DNA of 64,000 nucleotides from Tagaea sp. (GCA_965279525.1 CBDIIB010000004.1:544001-608000), one strand, 5' to 3'; shown: positions 11,555 through 25,045, numbered from the stretch's first letter. Made by a program: numbers and translations. The notes: generated by a model not told the origin, from the sequence alone.

Positions 11555-12472
11555 ATGTTCGAAGCGACTTTCTCGCCCCCGCCGATCGATGGTTTCTTTC
11601 CGGAACATATCGTGCACGAAAGCTTTGCGCGAATGCCGCGGCTTGGTCTTGCCAGCCTGCCGAGCCGGAACCAGTCGAGCTTCGGAAAGATCCGCAACCC
11701 CTTGATCAGAAGCACCATGGCAACCCAATCCGGCATCCTGCGTCGCCCCGCCTCGACCACGGTCCAGGAACTGAAGGCCCGTCTGGCGGCTTTCGGCGAA
11801 CGCGTGCCGCCCGGCCGCGGTCCGCTTGCCTTCGGGATCCCGGCGATCGACACGGCCCTGCCTTGGTCGGGCCTGCCACGCGGCGCACTGCACGAGATCG
11901 CCGGCGCTTCGAACGACGGGGCCGCCGCGGGCTTCGCGACCGCCCTGCTCGCCCGGCTCGCCGGCGACGGCCCGGTGCTGTGGATCGCGCGCCGCCCCGA
12001 TCTGAGTGCGGCCGGTCTCGCGGCACTCGGGCTTGAGCCTGCGCGCCTGCTCATCGTCAATGCGCCCAAGCGCGCCGATGCGCTGTGGGCTTTCGAAGAA
12101 GCGCTGCGCAACCCCGCACTTGCCGGAGCGGTCGCCGAAATCGACGGCGTCGATCTCACGCAGTCGCGCCGCCTGCAGCTTGCCGCCGAGATGGGTGGCA
12201 CGACGGCCCTGCTGCTGCGCCCGCCGGGCGAACTCGACCAGGCGAGTGCCGCGCGCACGCGCTGGCGTGCCGCCGCCCTTCCCGCCGACGCCACGGATGG
12301 CGAGAGCCGCCGCTGGCGCCTGACGCTCGCGCGCGCGCAAGGCGGCACGCCGGGCGAATGGAACATCGAACACCGTCGCGACGGATGGACACTTGCCGAT
12401 GACGAGCGGCCGGCGATTTCTCTCGATCTTCCTGCCGCATCTGCCGACCGACCGGTGCGCGCGGCAGGCTGA
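11555..12472 (+). CDS. imuA: ImuA RecA-like mutagenesis accessory protein (alternative start 11717)
   Basis: FGIPAIDTALP..GLPRGALHE, DALWAFEEALR, SRRLQLAAE, SAARTRW; AAGGAG before ATG 11555. Confidence 0.9.
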   Translation: MFEATFSPPPIDGFFPEHIVHESFARMPRLGLASLPSRNQSSFGKIRNPLIRSTMATQSGILRRPASTTVQELKARLAAFGERVPPGRGPLAFGIPAIDTALPWSGLPRGALHEIAGASNDGAAAGFATALLARLAGDGPVLWIARRPDLSAAGLAALGLEPARLLIVNAPKRADALWAFEEALRNPALAGAVAEIDGVDLTQSRRLQLAAEMGGTTALLLRPPGELDQASAARTRWRAAALPADATDGESRRWRLTLARAQGGTPGEWNIEHRRDGWTLADDERPAISLDLPAASADRPVRAAG

Positions 12473-13969
12473 CGACGCGATCGATCCGGTCGCGCGCGCG
12501 ACATTCGCGTCCGTCCAGGGCGGCCTGCAGCTTGCCGCCGTGTGCCCGCGTGCCAAAGATGCGGGCCTGCGGCCCGGGCTGGCATTGGCGGAAGCGCATG
12601 CGCGGGTTCCGGACCTGCGCGTCGAACGCCACGCGCCGGAAGCCGACCGCGCCTTGCTGCGCCGGCTCGCCGAATCGGCGCAGCGCTGGTCGCCTTGCGT
12701 GGCGATCGAAGACGACACCAGCGGCCTGCGCCTCGATGCCAGCGGTGTCGCCCATCTGTTCGGCGGCGAGGAAGCGCTGCTCGCGGACGTCGCCACGCGG
12801 CTGAAGCACCAGGGTCTCGTCGTGCGGGCCTGTCTTGCCGACACGCTGGGGGCGGCATGGGCCGGCGCGCGTTTCGCGCCGACGGCCGTGTCGATTTTCG
12901 CGTCAAGCACGACACGCGAGGCGATCGCCGGCCTGCCGGTCGCAGGCCTGCGCCTTGCGGTCGAGGATCTTGCAAACCTCGACCGGCTCGGCCTGCGGCG
13001 GATCGGCGATCTCCATGCGCTGGCCGATGCCGCCGGAGGCCGTGCCGCCCTCGCCCGGCGCTTCGGCCCGACGATCGCGCGCCGGCTGCTCCAGGCTCTG
13101 GGCGCCGAAGCCGAGCCACTCTCCCCGGATGCACCACCGCCGGCCTTGCGGTCACGGCTTTCTTTCGCCGAACCGATCACGGCTCCTGCCGACATCGAAC
13201 GCACGCTTGAACGGCTTGCCCGCGAATTGTGCGCGCGGCTGGAAAGTGCGGCTCTCGGTGCGCGACGGGTGGCGCTCGTCTTCCATCGCGTCGATGGCGT
13301 TGCGACACGCATGGCGCTCGGCACCAGCCGGCCGACGCGCGATGCGCACGCACTATGCCGGCTGTTCGCCGAACCGATCCAGCGCATCGATCCCGGTTTC
13401 GGCTTCGAACTCGCAACGCTCGACGCCGAACTCGTCGATACGCTCGATCCCGAGCAGCAGCGCTTTGCCCGCTCGCTGCTGCCCGACGGCGATTGCGCGG
13501 CAGCCGAACTCGCCAAGGCGCCGCTGATGGCCCCGCTCGTCGACCGGCTCGCCAACCGGCTGGGGGCCGCGAACGTGGTGCGGCTGGCGCATGTCGAAAG
13601 CCATGTGCCCGAGCGCGCGCAGGCTTTCGTCGCACCGTTTGCCCCGCTGCCCGCGTTGTTGCGCGGCGCGCGGGCACCGGCTTCCCCGCGCCCGCTGCGC
13701 CTGTTCGTGCATCCCGAGCCGATCGACGTCGCGGCCGAACTGCCCGATGCGCCGCCGCTGCTGTTCCGCTGGCGCCGGCTCGTCCACCATGTCGCCGCCG
13801 CCGCCGGCCCCGAGCGCATCGGCACCGAATGGTGGCGCAAGCGCGGCGAACCTCGCGACTATTACCGGCTCGAGGATCGCGACGGGCGGCGCTTCTGGGT
13901 TTTCCGCGAAGGGCTGTGGACGCCCGGGCGCGCACAGCCGCCGCGCTGGTACCTGCACGGGCTGTTCGC

Positions 13970-13973
<4 letters not shown>
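12399..13973 (+). CDS. imuB: ImuB inactive Y-family polymerase
   Basis: LDASGVAHLFGGEEALL, IDPGFGF, SHVPER, RPLRLF, GPERIGTEWW, RDYYRLED, WYLHGLFA. Confidence 0.93.
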
Positions 13974-17122
<3,149 letters not shown>

Positions 17123-17452
17123 TCAGTCGACGATGAACAGCGTGGCGCCAGTCGCGGTGCGCGAACGGTGCGCCTCGGCGCCGTCGGCCACCTGGTAGCT
17201 GTGCCCGGGTCCCATCTTGAACACGCGTCCGTCGGCAAGCTCGGTCTCGAGTTCGCCCGTCAGCACGAACAGCACGTGCCCCTTCTGGCACCAATGGTCG
17301 GCAAGATAGCCCGGCGAATACTCGACCATGCGCACGCGGATGTCGGCGAAGTGGCGCGTGCGCCAATGCGCGACACCGGTCTCGCCCTTGTGCTCGGTGC
17401 GCTCGACGCCGGACCAGTCGACCGTCGCGAACGGGATTCCCTTCATTTCCAT
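17123..17452 (-). CDS. DHCW-motif cupin-fold protein
   Basis: RMVEYSPGYLADHWCQKGH...HRSRT..GATLFIVD. Confidence 0.88.
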   Translation of the reverse strand: MEMKGIPFATVDWSGVERTEHKGETGVAHWRTRHFADIRVRMVEYSPGYLADHWCQKGHVLFVLTGELETELADGRVFKMGPGHSYQVADGAEAHRSRTATGATLFIVD

Positions 17453-17543
17453 CGCTTGATCCTATCGCGTCGAGTCGAGCTTGGGCGACTCGGAAGCGAT
17501 GTGAGACGGTCCCTGTGGATATTCCGAATCGAGTTGGTGTCAC

Positions 17544-18635
17544 ATGGTCTTGCGCGCATTTTCCACAACCCTCCTCACGCTCGCCCTGGCGGTCACGACG
17601 GCCCAGGCGCAGAAGCGGCCCGACTATCTCGACGGCATCTATGTCGGCGGAAATGTCGGCGTGCACAAGCCGCAGAACTCGAGCATGAGCCGCGGCGGAC
17701 AGAGTTCGACCGTCAGCATCGGCACGGGATTGGCCGGCACGGCTTCGGTCGGCTACGGCTTCGGCAACGGGCTGCGCGGCGAACTGGAACTAGGACATCG
17801 TGCGGGCAGCGTGCGCAGCGTGGACAACGCGGCCGGAACCAGCGGCGGCGGCCGGCTCGACGTGACGAGCCTGATGGGCAACCTCCTCTACGATTTCGCG
17901 AACGAAACGTCGTTCGTTCCCTATATCGGCGTCGGCGCGGGCGGTGCGCGCCTGCGCGCAAAGGACGTCGGCCCCGATCAAGGCAATGCGATCGTGTCGG
18001 GAAGCGCCAACGTGTTCGCCTATCAGGCCATCGCCGGTCTCGACTACCGGATCGGCACGAACACGGCGCTGGGTGCGAGCTACCGCTATTTCGCGACACA
18101 GTCGGCCAGCATCGGCAGCAGTGCCGGCGATTCGGCATCGATCCCGTATCGCGACCATTCGATCATGGTCGGCATGCGCTATGCGTTCAATCCGACACTG
18201 GCCGTGCCCGCCGCGATGCCGGCCGCCATGGCAATGCCCGTCGCCGCACCGGCTCCGCCGCCGGCTGCACCCGCTCCGGCACTTGCGGCCGCGGCGGTTG
18301 CCGGCCCTCGGGCCTTCACCGTCTTTTTCGATTTCGACAAGTCCGCCATCAGCGACGATGCCAATCGCGTACTCGTCCAGGCGGCGGATTCGGCGAAATC
18401 CGGTGTTTTCACCCGAATTCGCGCGACCGGGCATACCGACACGATGGGCGCCCCGCGCTACAACATGGCGCTCTCGATCCGGCGTGCGAATGCCGTGCGT
18501 GATGTCCTCGTGCGGGAGGGGATACCGGCAACACAAATTGTTGTGATCGGCCGCGGCGAGACCCAACTCCTGGTACCGACCCCGGATCTGGCCAACGAGC
18601 CGCGAAATCGACGCGTGGAAATCGTTATAGAATAA
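17544..18635 (+). CDS. OmpA-family protein (outer-membrane beta-barrel plus peptidoglycan-binding domain)
   Basis: Signal peptide; PYIGVGAG barrel strands; Pro/Ala linker; VFFDFDKS, GHTD, LSIRRANAV, NRRVEI. Confidence 0.9.
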   Translation: MVLRAFSTTLLTLALAVTTAQAQKRPDYLDGIYVGGNVGVHKPQNSSMSRGGQSSTVSIGTGLAGTASVGYGFGNGLRGELELGHRAGSVRSVDNAAGTSGGGRLDVTSLMGNLLYDFANETSFVPYIGVGAGGARLRAKDVGPDQGNAIVSGSANVFAYQAIAGLDYRIGTNTALGASYRYFATQSASIGSSAGDSASIPYRDHSIMVGMRYAFNPTLAVPAAMPAAMAMPVAAPAPPPAAPAPALAAAAVAGPRAFTVFFDFDKSAISDDANRVLVQAADSAKSGVFTRIRATGHTDTMGAPRYNMALSIRRANAVRDVLVREGIPATQIVVIGRGETQLLVPTPDLANEPRNRRVEIVIE

Positions 18636-18817
18636 ATAGATAAATGATACTCTTCATCTGAATTGGTGTGTGTGTCCCATCAGCCACAGCCTCACGAAAC
18701 ATGTCGGATGAGCATCCACATTCCGCCACGCTGTGGTATGTAACTGATTGAGCGATTCCCGGGAAACCGGAATCACCCCTAGTTCTTCCGACTTCGACGA
18801 CAAAAGGATTAACCCTC

Positions 18818-19930
18818 ATGCGTTTGCGCACCGTTCTGCTTTCAGCAGCAACCCTTCTGGCTCTGGCCGCTCCGGCAGCCGCCCAGAACGTGGCCGGCTT
18901 TTACATCGGCGGCGGCGCGGGCATTAACTGGTTGCAAGACCAGGGCGGCAGCGCCAGCCCGGGCGCATCTTCGATCGATACGGACTACAAGATGGGCTAC
19001 GCCCTTGTCGGCGCGCTCGGCTACGGCTACCGCAACGGCTGGCGCACGGAACTCGAACTCAACTTCCGTGACAACAACGTCGATAGCATCAAGCGCAACG
19101 GCACCGCCCTGACCGGGCCTGGTGGCAACCTCCATCAGTATGGCGTCTTCGGAAACGCGCTCTACGACTTCAATGCCGGCCTGCCCTTCACGCCGTATCT
19201 CGGTCTCGGCCTCGGCTGGCTGCGTTCGGACCTGACGGCCAAGGGCAACGGGATCACGGCGGTCGACGACACCGACGATCTCGTCGGCTACCAGCTGATC
19301 GCCGGTGCGGCTTACCCGCTCGCCCCGCAGCTGAAGCTCACGCTCGACTATCGCTTCATGTCGACGTTCCAGAAGCCGAAGTACAGCACGACGGCAGCGT
19401 ACAGTGCGGCTTTCGCCGGCGAAAACTCGATCACGATGGATCGGCCGATGAACCACGCAGTCCTGCTCGGCCTGCGCTGGGAATTCGGCGCTCCGGCACG
19501 TCCGGCCCCTGCCCCGATGGCAACCCCGGTCGTGGCACCCATGCCGGCACCTGCGCCGGCGCCTGCACCCGCTCCGGCGGCTGCACCTGCCCCGCAGATC
19601 CAGCGCAACTTCCTGGTCTTCTTCGACTTCGACCAGTCGGTCCTGACGCCGGAAGCAGCCCGCATCATCCAGCAGGCGGCGACCACGGCCAAGCAGGGCA
19701 ACGTGACGCGCATCACGGCGACGGGCCACACGGACACGTCGGGCTCGCCGCAGTACAACCAGCGCCTCTCCGAGCGTCGTGCAGCTGCCGTCCAGGCGGA
19801 ACTCGTCCGTCAGGGCATCGCGGCGAACCAGATCGTCACGGTCGGTCGCGGCGAAGGCGAACTGCGCGTCCGCACCGCCGATGGCGTGCGCGAGCCGCAG
19901 AATCGCCGCGTGGAGATCGTCCTCCAGTAA
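18818..19930 (+). CDS. OmpA-family protein, tandem paralog
   Basis: GFYIGGGAG, PYLGLGLG, (PA)n linker, VFFDFDQS, GHTD, LSERRAAAV, NRRVEI. Confidence 0.92.
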   Translation: MRLRTVLLSAATLLALAAPAAAQNVAGFYIGGGAGINWLQDQGGSASPGASSIDTDYKMGYALVGALGYGYRNGWRTELELNFRDNNVDSIKRNGTALTGPGGNLHQYGVFGNALYDFNAGLPFTPYLGLGLGWLRSDLTAKGNGITAVDDTDDLVGYQLIAGAAYPLAPQLKLTLDYRFMSTFQKPKYSTTAAYSAAFAGENSITMDRPMNHAVLLGLRWEFGAPARPAPAPMATPVVAPMPAPAPAPAPAPAAAPAPQIQRNFLVFFDFDQSVLTPEAARIIQQAATTAKQGNVTRITATGHTDTSGSPQYNQRLSERRAAAVQAELVRQGIAANQIVTVGRGEGELRVRTADGVREPQNRRVEIVLQ

Positions 19931-19956
19931 ACGACCCAGCCTCGGCTGGAAATGCG

Positions 19957-19989
19957 AAGGGCCGGTCGAAAGACCGGCCCTTTTCTTTT
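19957..19989 (+). terminator. Intrinsic terminator
   Basis: AAGGGCCGGTC-GAAA-GACCGGCCCTT followed by TTCTTTT. Confidence 0.9.
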
Positions 19990-20022
19990 GGGGAGTTCTC
20001 TACCGGAAAACCGGGGGCACGG

Positions 20023-20526
20023 TCAGCGCGCGAGCACGTATTGCATCGCCGGATCGCGTCCGCACAACTCGCCGAACCGTTGCGGCGTATGCTTGGCCCG
20101 CTCCTCGACCGCCTCGCCCAGCTTGCCCCGCTCGATGCGCACGATGCTTTCGAAAAGTTCGGTCGTGTCGTGGCAGAAGGTAGGATTTGCCATCGAACGA
20201 TTCGACGCGTCGTTTGCCAGGGCCGTCGTGAACGTGTCGTAGCGGCGTTGGGGGTTGCCCCCGCCGATGCGCGCGAAATGCTGCTGGATGAGGCGGTTGT
20301 ACCGCTGGATCTCGGCGGAGTGCCGCTCGACGAAGGCGTTGTATTTCGAGCTCTGGTCGACCGCCCGGACACATGAGAGCGTTGCGACCATCAACTCGGT
20401 TTGCATGACGCGCGCCTTGACAGCGACGGCTTCATCGCGCGTCAGGCAGGCCTGCTGGGAAAAAGCGGTACCAGCGCCGACACTCAGCGTCAGCGCGGCG
20501 ACGGCGGTAGCAAGTCCGAAACGCAA
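20023..20526 (-). CDS. Secreted Cys-containing hypothetical protein
   Basis: GGAGG then TTG start; signal peptide; QTELMVATLSC...YNAFV...YDTFTTALAN...FC pattern. Confidence 0.7.
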   Translation of the reverse strand: MRFGLATAVAALTLSVGAGTAFSQQACLTRDEAVAVKARVMQTELMVATLSCVRAVDQSSKYNAFVERHSAEIQRYNRLIQQHFARIGGGNPQRRYDTFTTALANDASNRSMANPTFCHDTTELFESIVRIERGKLGEAVEERAKHTPQRFGELCGRDPAMQYVLAR

Positions 20527-20645
20527 TTTTGCCTCCGTCGAAATTCGTATCAAGGACTTATATACGATGCGGCGGGTCAACCGAACCCTTTTCAAGGCAT
20601 TGCTAGGTGCTTCGAAAATCTGGAAATTCCGCCATAATCGCGTCC

Positions 20646-21446
20646 ATGAAGATCGGAATTGTGGGACTCGGGGCAATCGGCAGCAAGGTCGCGTCAATGC
20701 TTGCGGCCGGTCGGCCAGATCTGACCCTGACTGCCGTGGCCAGCCGCGATGCCGGCAAGGCGGCACGACAGGCAATGGATCTGAAACTCGGCGTGCCGGC
20801 GGTTCCGCTGGCCGGGCTTGTCGAGCTTTGCGAAACCGTCGTCGACTGTGGCCCGTCCTCGGCCCTGCGCGACACGGCTGCCGCCGCTTTCGCGCGCGGA
20901 CGCACGCTGGTGACTGTCAATGCCGCGGCCCTTCTGGATAGTCCGGATGTCATCGCTTTGGCAGCCTCCTCGGGTGCGCGCCTTGTCGTGGCGACCGGCG
21001 CCTTGCTGGCACTCGATGCGGTCGCGGCGGCAGCACTCGGGCGGATCGAACGCGTGACGATGCGCAACCGCAAGCCGCCACGCGGCCTCGCCGGTGCGCC
21101 ATACATCATCTCGTCCGGAATCAATCTCGATGCGATCCGCGAGCCCACCTGCATTTTCCGGGGGGCCGCCCGCGCAGCGGCGAAGGGTTTTCCGGCGAAC
21201 GTGAACGTCGCCGCAGCCTTGAGCCTTGCCGGAATTGGCCCCGACCGGACCGAGGTCGAGATCTGGGCCGACCCGACGATCGAGCGCAACATCCACGAAT
21301 TCGACCTGGTATCCGACAGCGTCAGCTTCTCGGTCCGGACCGAGGGCCTGCCCTCGCCCGAGAATCCGAAAACCAGCGCGATCGTTCCGCTGTCGGTCGT
21401 CGCCACGCTGGATCGACTGGCAGGCCCCGTCAGGATCGGGACGTAA
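20646..21446 (+). CDS. nadX: L-aspartate dehydrogenase (DUF108)
   Basis: GIVGLGAIG Rossmann fold; RKPP; FPANVNVAAALSLAG; NIHE; NPKTS. Confidence 0.85.
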   Translation: MKIGIVGLGAIGSKVASMLAAGRPDLTLTAVASRDAGKAARQAMDLKLGVPAVPLAGLVELCETVVDCGPSSALRDTAAAAFARGRTLVTVNAAALLDSPDVIALAASSGARLVVATGALLALDAVAAAALGRIERVTMRNRKPPRGLAGAPYIISSGINLDAIREPTCIFRGAARAAAKGFPANVNVAAALSLAGIGPDRTEVEIWADPTIERNIHEFDLVSDSVSFSVRTEGLPSPENPKTSAIVPLSVVATLDRLAGPVRIGT

Positions 21447-21855
21447 GCGCGCGCGTCTCGATCCGCTTTTCGGCGGACAGGAACTTGTGGACCGGACAGT
21501 GCTCGGCGATCGCCAGAAGGCGCTGGCGCTGTTCGGCATCCAGATCGCCTTCCAATTCGATTTCCCGGACGATCCGGTCGATTTTGCCCTTCCCGTCGGC
21601 CGCTTCGATCTTGTCCATGTCGAGCCTTACGGAGACACGGTTAAGCTTCCAGCCCTTGCGGTCGGCGTACATGCGGATCGTCATGCTGGTGCAGGCGCCA
21701 AGTCCGGACAGCAGGAACTCGAACGGCTGCGGTCCGCGTCCGGCACCGCCGGCGACGGCCGGCTCGTCGGCCGTCAGGCGATGCGTACCGATCTCGACGC
21801 TGTTCTCGTATCTGGGGCCTGTCTCGCGCACCCAGACGGTTTCAGGTTCGGCCAT
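21430..21855 (-). CDS. OsmC-family protein
   Basis: ADEP..GG...GPQPFEFLLSGLGACTSMT..YADRKGW; AEHCPVH. Confidence 0.9.
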   Translation of the reverse strand: MAEPETVWVRETGPRYENSVEIGTHRLTADEPAVAGGAGRGPQPFEFLLSGLGACTSMTIRMYADRKGWKLNRVSVRLDMDKIEAADGKGKIDRIVREIELEGDLDAEQRQRLLAIAEHCPVHKFLSAEKRIETRALTSRS

Positions 21856-21988
21856 GTCGCCCTCTCGATCCGTTGCAGGTTGAGATTTGGCGCTCCTGGC
21901 AACCGACTTCAAGCGTCATGCGAATGCGCTTTCGAAGTGGCTGACGCCACGATATGCCTGTCTTGCCCATGCCTTGAGGACGAATCGG

Positions 21989-22600
21989 ATGACAAACGAC
22001 GATGTCGAGATCCTCTCCCGGGAAAGGCGATATGCCGGATTCCTGAAGGTCGACGAGTTCCGGCTGCGCCACCGCCTTTTCGCCGGCGGGTGGAGCCCGG
22101 TCCTGTCACGCGAGTTGATGGAGCGCGGCCATGCGGTAAGCGTGACGCTCTATGATCCGGATCGCGATTGCGTCGTGCTGATCGAACAGTTCCGCATCGG
22201 CGCCTACGTGGCCGGCAGTCCGGCATGGATGGTCGAGTGCGTCGCCGGCATGCTCAAGCCCGGTGAAGATCCGGTCGAAGTCGCCCGCCGGGAGATTGCC
22301 GAGGAGACGGGATTGACCGCATCGGAGATCGTCCCGGCCGGCCGGGCGTTTGCGTCGCCGGGAGGGACAAGCGAAATGGTCGAGATGTTCGTCGCCCGGG
22401 TCGACTCTTCGGCCGCAGGCGGAATCCATGGTCTCGCCCACGAGGGCGAGGACATCCGCGTGCTGGTCGAGCCCTTCGACGGGGCGCTCGCAGCATTCTT
22501 CGATGGCAGACGCATCGGGAGTTCCTTTACCCTGATGACCCTGCAATGGCTCGCCCTCAACCGGGCGCAGCTCCGGACGAAATGGGAGACACGGACTTGA
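21989..22600 (+). CDS. nudF: ADP-sugar pyrophosphatase (NUDIX)
   Basis: LIEQFR, AGMLKPGEDP..VARREIAEETG Nudix box, SPGGTSE, GGIHGLAHEGEDI. Confidence 0.85.
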   Translation: MTNDDVEILSRERRYAGFLKVDEFRLRHRLFAGGWSPVLSRELMERGHAVSVTLYDPDRDCVVLIEQFRIGAYVAGSPAWMVECVAGMLKPGEDPVEVARREIAEETGLTASEIVPAGRAFASPGGTSEMVEMFVARVDSSAAGGIHGLAHEGEDIRVLVEPFDGALAAFFDGRRIGSSFTLMTLQWLALNRAQLRTKWETRT

Positions 22601-23649
22601 ACGAGATCCGGAACGGCTTTGTCGGCGCCATCGGCAATACCCCCCTCATCCGCCTGCAGAAGGCAAGTGCCGCGACCGGCTGCGAGATCCTCGGCAAGGC
22701 CGAGTTCCTCAATCCCGGCGGGTCGGTGAAGGACCGTGCGGCCCTGCAGATGATCCTCGACGCCGAGGCCAAGGGCCTGATCAAGCCCGGCGGCACGATC
22801 GTCGAGGGCACCGCCGGCAATACGGGCATCGGGCTTGCCCTCGTCGGCAACGCGCGCGGCTATCGCAGCGTCATCGTGATGCCGGATACGCAGAGCCAGG
22901 AGAAGAAGGACTTCCTCCGCCTGATCGGCGCCGAACTGCGGCTGGTGCCGGCCGTGCCCTATGCCAATCCCAACAACTACGTGAAGGTCTCGGGCAGGCT
23001 TGCGGAGGAGATCGGCCGCTCGTCACCCGGCGGCGCCCTGTGGGCCAACCAGTTCGACAACGTTGCCAACCGCGAGGCGCACGTGCGCACGACAGGTCCC
23101 GAGATCTTCCGCCAGACCGACGGCAAGGTCGACGGCTTCGTGTGCGCCGTCGGCTCGGGCGGAACGCTTGCCGGAACGGCACAGGCGCTGCGCCAACTCA
23201 AGCCCGGCGTGAAGATCGGGCTTGCCGATCCCTTCGGCGCAGCCCTCTACAGCTACTTCACCGACGGCGTGCTGAAGTCGGAAGGCAGTTCGATCACTGA
23301 GGGGATCGGACAGGGCCGCATCACGAAAAACCTCGAGGGCCTCAAGGTCGATCACGCCTTCCGCATTCCGGACGCAGAAGCAGTTCAGATCGTCTTCGAC
23401 CTGCTGATCGAAGAAGGGCTGTTCGTGGGTGCATCGACCGGAATCAATATCGCAGGCGCCATCGCACTGGCGCGCAAGCTCGGGCCGGGCCACACGATCG
23501 TGACGATCCTGTGCGACGGCGGCGCCCGCTATGCCTCGAAGCTTTTCGACCCGGCTTTCCTGCGCTCCAAGAACCTGCCTGTCCCGCACTGGCTGGACAA
23601 GCCGCAAGCGAATCCCGTTTCCACTCCGTTTGAAAAGGTCGCCACATGA
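22597..23649 (+). CDS. cysK: Cysteine synthase A family PLP enzyme
   Basis: IGNTPLIRL, KAEFLNPGGSVKDR, EGTAGNTG, NQFDN, GSGGT; TTG start overlaps the nudF stop (ATG 22582 possible). Confidence 0.9.
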   Translation: MNEIRNGFVGAIGNTPLIRLQKASAATGCEILGKAEFLNPGGSVKDRAALQMILDAEAKGLIKPGGTIVEGTAGNTGIGLALVGNARGYRSVIVMPDTQSQEKKDFLRLIGAELRLVPAVPYANPNNYVKVSGRLAEEIGRSSPGGALWANQFDNVANREAHVRTTGPEIFRQTDGKVDGFVCAVGSGGTLAGTAQALRQLKPGVKIGLADPFGAALYSYFTDGVLKSEGSSITEGIGQGRITKNLEGLKVDHAFRIPDAEAVQIVFDLLIEEGLFVGASTGINIAGAIALARKLGPGHTIVTILCDGGARYASKLFDPAFLRSKNLPVPHWLDKPQANPVSTPFEKVAT

Positions 23650-24491
23650 CGACCCCGCCCCTGGTCAGCACCGACTGGCTTTCCGAACGTCTGGGTGACG
23701 CAAACGTGCGCGTGCTCGACGGGTCGTACCACCTGCCGACCGCCAAGCGCGATGCAGCGGCGGAGTTCGCGGCAGCCCACGTTCCCGGCGCTTCGTATTT
23801 CGACATCGAGGCCGTCAGCGACCATTCGAACGACCTGCCCCACATGCTGCCGTCTGCCGAAGCATTCGCCGAAGCCGTCGGTGCAATGGGCATCGACAAC
23901 CAGACCCACGTCGTCGTCTACGACGCCTACGGGCTGATGAGTGCCGCCCGCGTCTGGTGGATGTTCCGGATATTCGGGCACGACATGGTTTCGGTTCTCG
24001 ACGGCGGCTTTCCCAAATGGACGAAAGAATCCCGGCCGACCCAGAGCGGGACGCCTTCCGTCGCGGCCCGCCGGTTCAAGGCAAACCTGCGCCCGGAGCT
24101 CGTCCGGACCAAGACTGACCTTGTGGCGAACATCGCGACCGGAGCGGTTCAAGTCATCGATGCACGGGCGGCCGGCCGGTTTGCCGGCACGGCGCCGGAG
24201 CCGCGCCCGGGCCTTCGCAGCGGCCGCATTCCGGGATCGAAGAACCTGCCCTTCACGCAGCTGCTCGATCCGGCAAGCGGCACCGTCCTGCCACCGCTCG
24301 AACTCGCCCGGCAGTTCGCGGCCGCGGGAATCGATGCCACCAAGCCGATCGTGGCGAGCTGCGGTTCGGGCGTGACGGCTTGCGTGATCGCACTCGGCCT
24401 CCACGTTCTCGGCGCCAAGGATGTGGCGATCTACGACGGTTCGTGGTCCGAGTGGGGCCTTGCCGACGGCCCGCCGATCGAAGCCGGATGA
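23646..24491 (+). CDS. sseA: 3-mercaptopyruvate sulfurtransferase
   Basis: Tandem rhodanese domains; PHMLPS; SCGSGVTAC; YDGSWSEWG. Confidence 0.93.
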   Translation: MTTPPLVSTDWLSERLGDANVRVLDGSYHLPTAKRDAAAEFAAAHVPGASYFDIEAVSDHSNDLPHMLPSAEAFAEAVGAMGIDNQTHVVVYDAYGLMSAARVWWMFRIFGHDMVSVLDGGFPKWTKESRPTQSGTPSVAARRFKANLRPELVRTKTDLVANIATGAVQVIDARAAGRFAGTAPEPRPGLRSGRIPGSKNLPFTQLLDPASGTVLPPLELARQFAAAGIDATKPIVASCGSGVTACVIALGLHVLGAKDVAIYDGSWSEWGLADGPPIEAG

Positions 24492-25045
24492 GCTTGCCCG
24501 TGGCTGACGAGCTTGACGTCGCCATAACGCATCTCGAGATGCGGGCGCGCCCGGCGCCGTCGGCGCGCGGACAGCGGCGCTATCCGTTTTCCGTCGCCAC
24601 CTTCCGCGTCGAACAATGCCCGCTCCCCTTCTACCGCTTCCTCTATGCCGAAGTCGGGCGGGAATGGCTCTGGTACGAGCGGCGAACGCTGTCGGACGCC
24701 GCACTCGCCGCTGCAATCCACGTCGAGGGAGTCGACATCCTCGTGCTCTATGCCGGCGGCGCTCCGGCCGGCTATGCCGAACTCGACCGGCGCGAGACCG
24801 ACGGGCCCGGAACGCAGATCCGGTATTTCGGACTCATGCCCGGATTTCTAGGCAAGGGACTTGGCGACATGCTCATGTCGGCCACGCTCGACCGGGCCTG
24901 GTCGGCCGATCCGGCACCTTCGCGCCTTTGGGTGCATACCTGCACGCTCGATCATCCCAGCGCGCTTGCCTTCTATCAGCGCTGGGGCTTCAACGTGTTC
25001 GCCCGCGAACAGACGCGGATCGTCGACCCGCGGCCGCTCGACTGA
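24488..25045 (+). CDS. GNAT-family acetyltransferase
   Basis: YFGLMPGFLGKGLG, RLWVHTCTLDHPSALAFYQRWGF. Confidence 0.88.
   Translation: MSLPVADELDVAITHLEMRARPAPSARGQRRYPFSVATFRVEQCPLPFYRFLYAEVGREWLWYERRTLSDAALAAAIHVEGVDILVLYAGGAPAGYAELDRRETDGPGTQIRYFGLMPGFLGKGLGDMLMSATLDRAWSADPAPSRLWVHTCTLDHPSALAFYQRWGFNVFAREQTRIVDPRPLD

Noticed and set aside
11171-13840. 889-aa minus-strand ORF over imuA/imuB
   Set aside because: Ser/Arg/Ala-rich antisense shadow; the PopZ-like microprotein is in a different frame
13229-13969. N-terminal extension of DnaE2 in the ORF track
   Set aside because: Overlaps imuB out of frame; a GTG at 13970 coupled to the imuB stop is the plausible start
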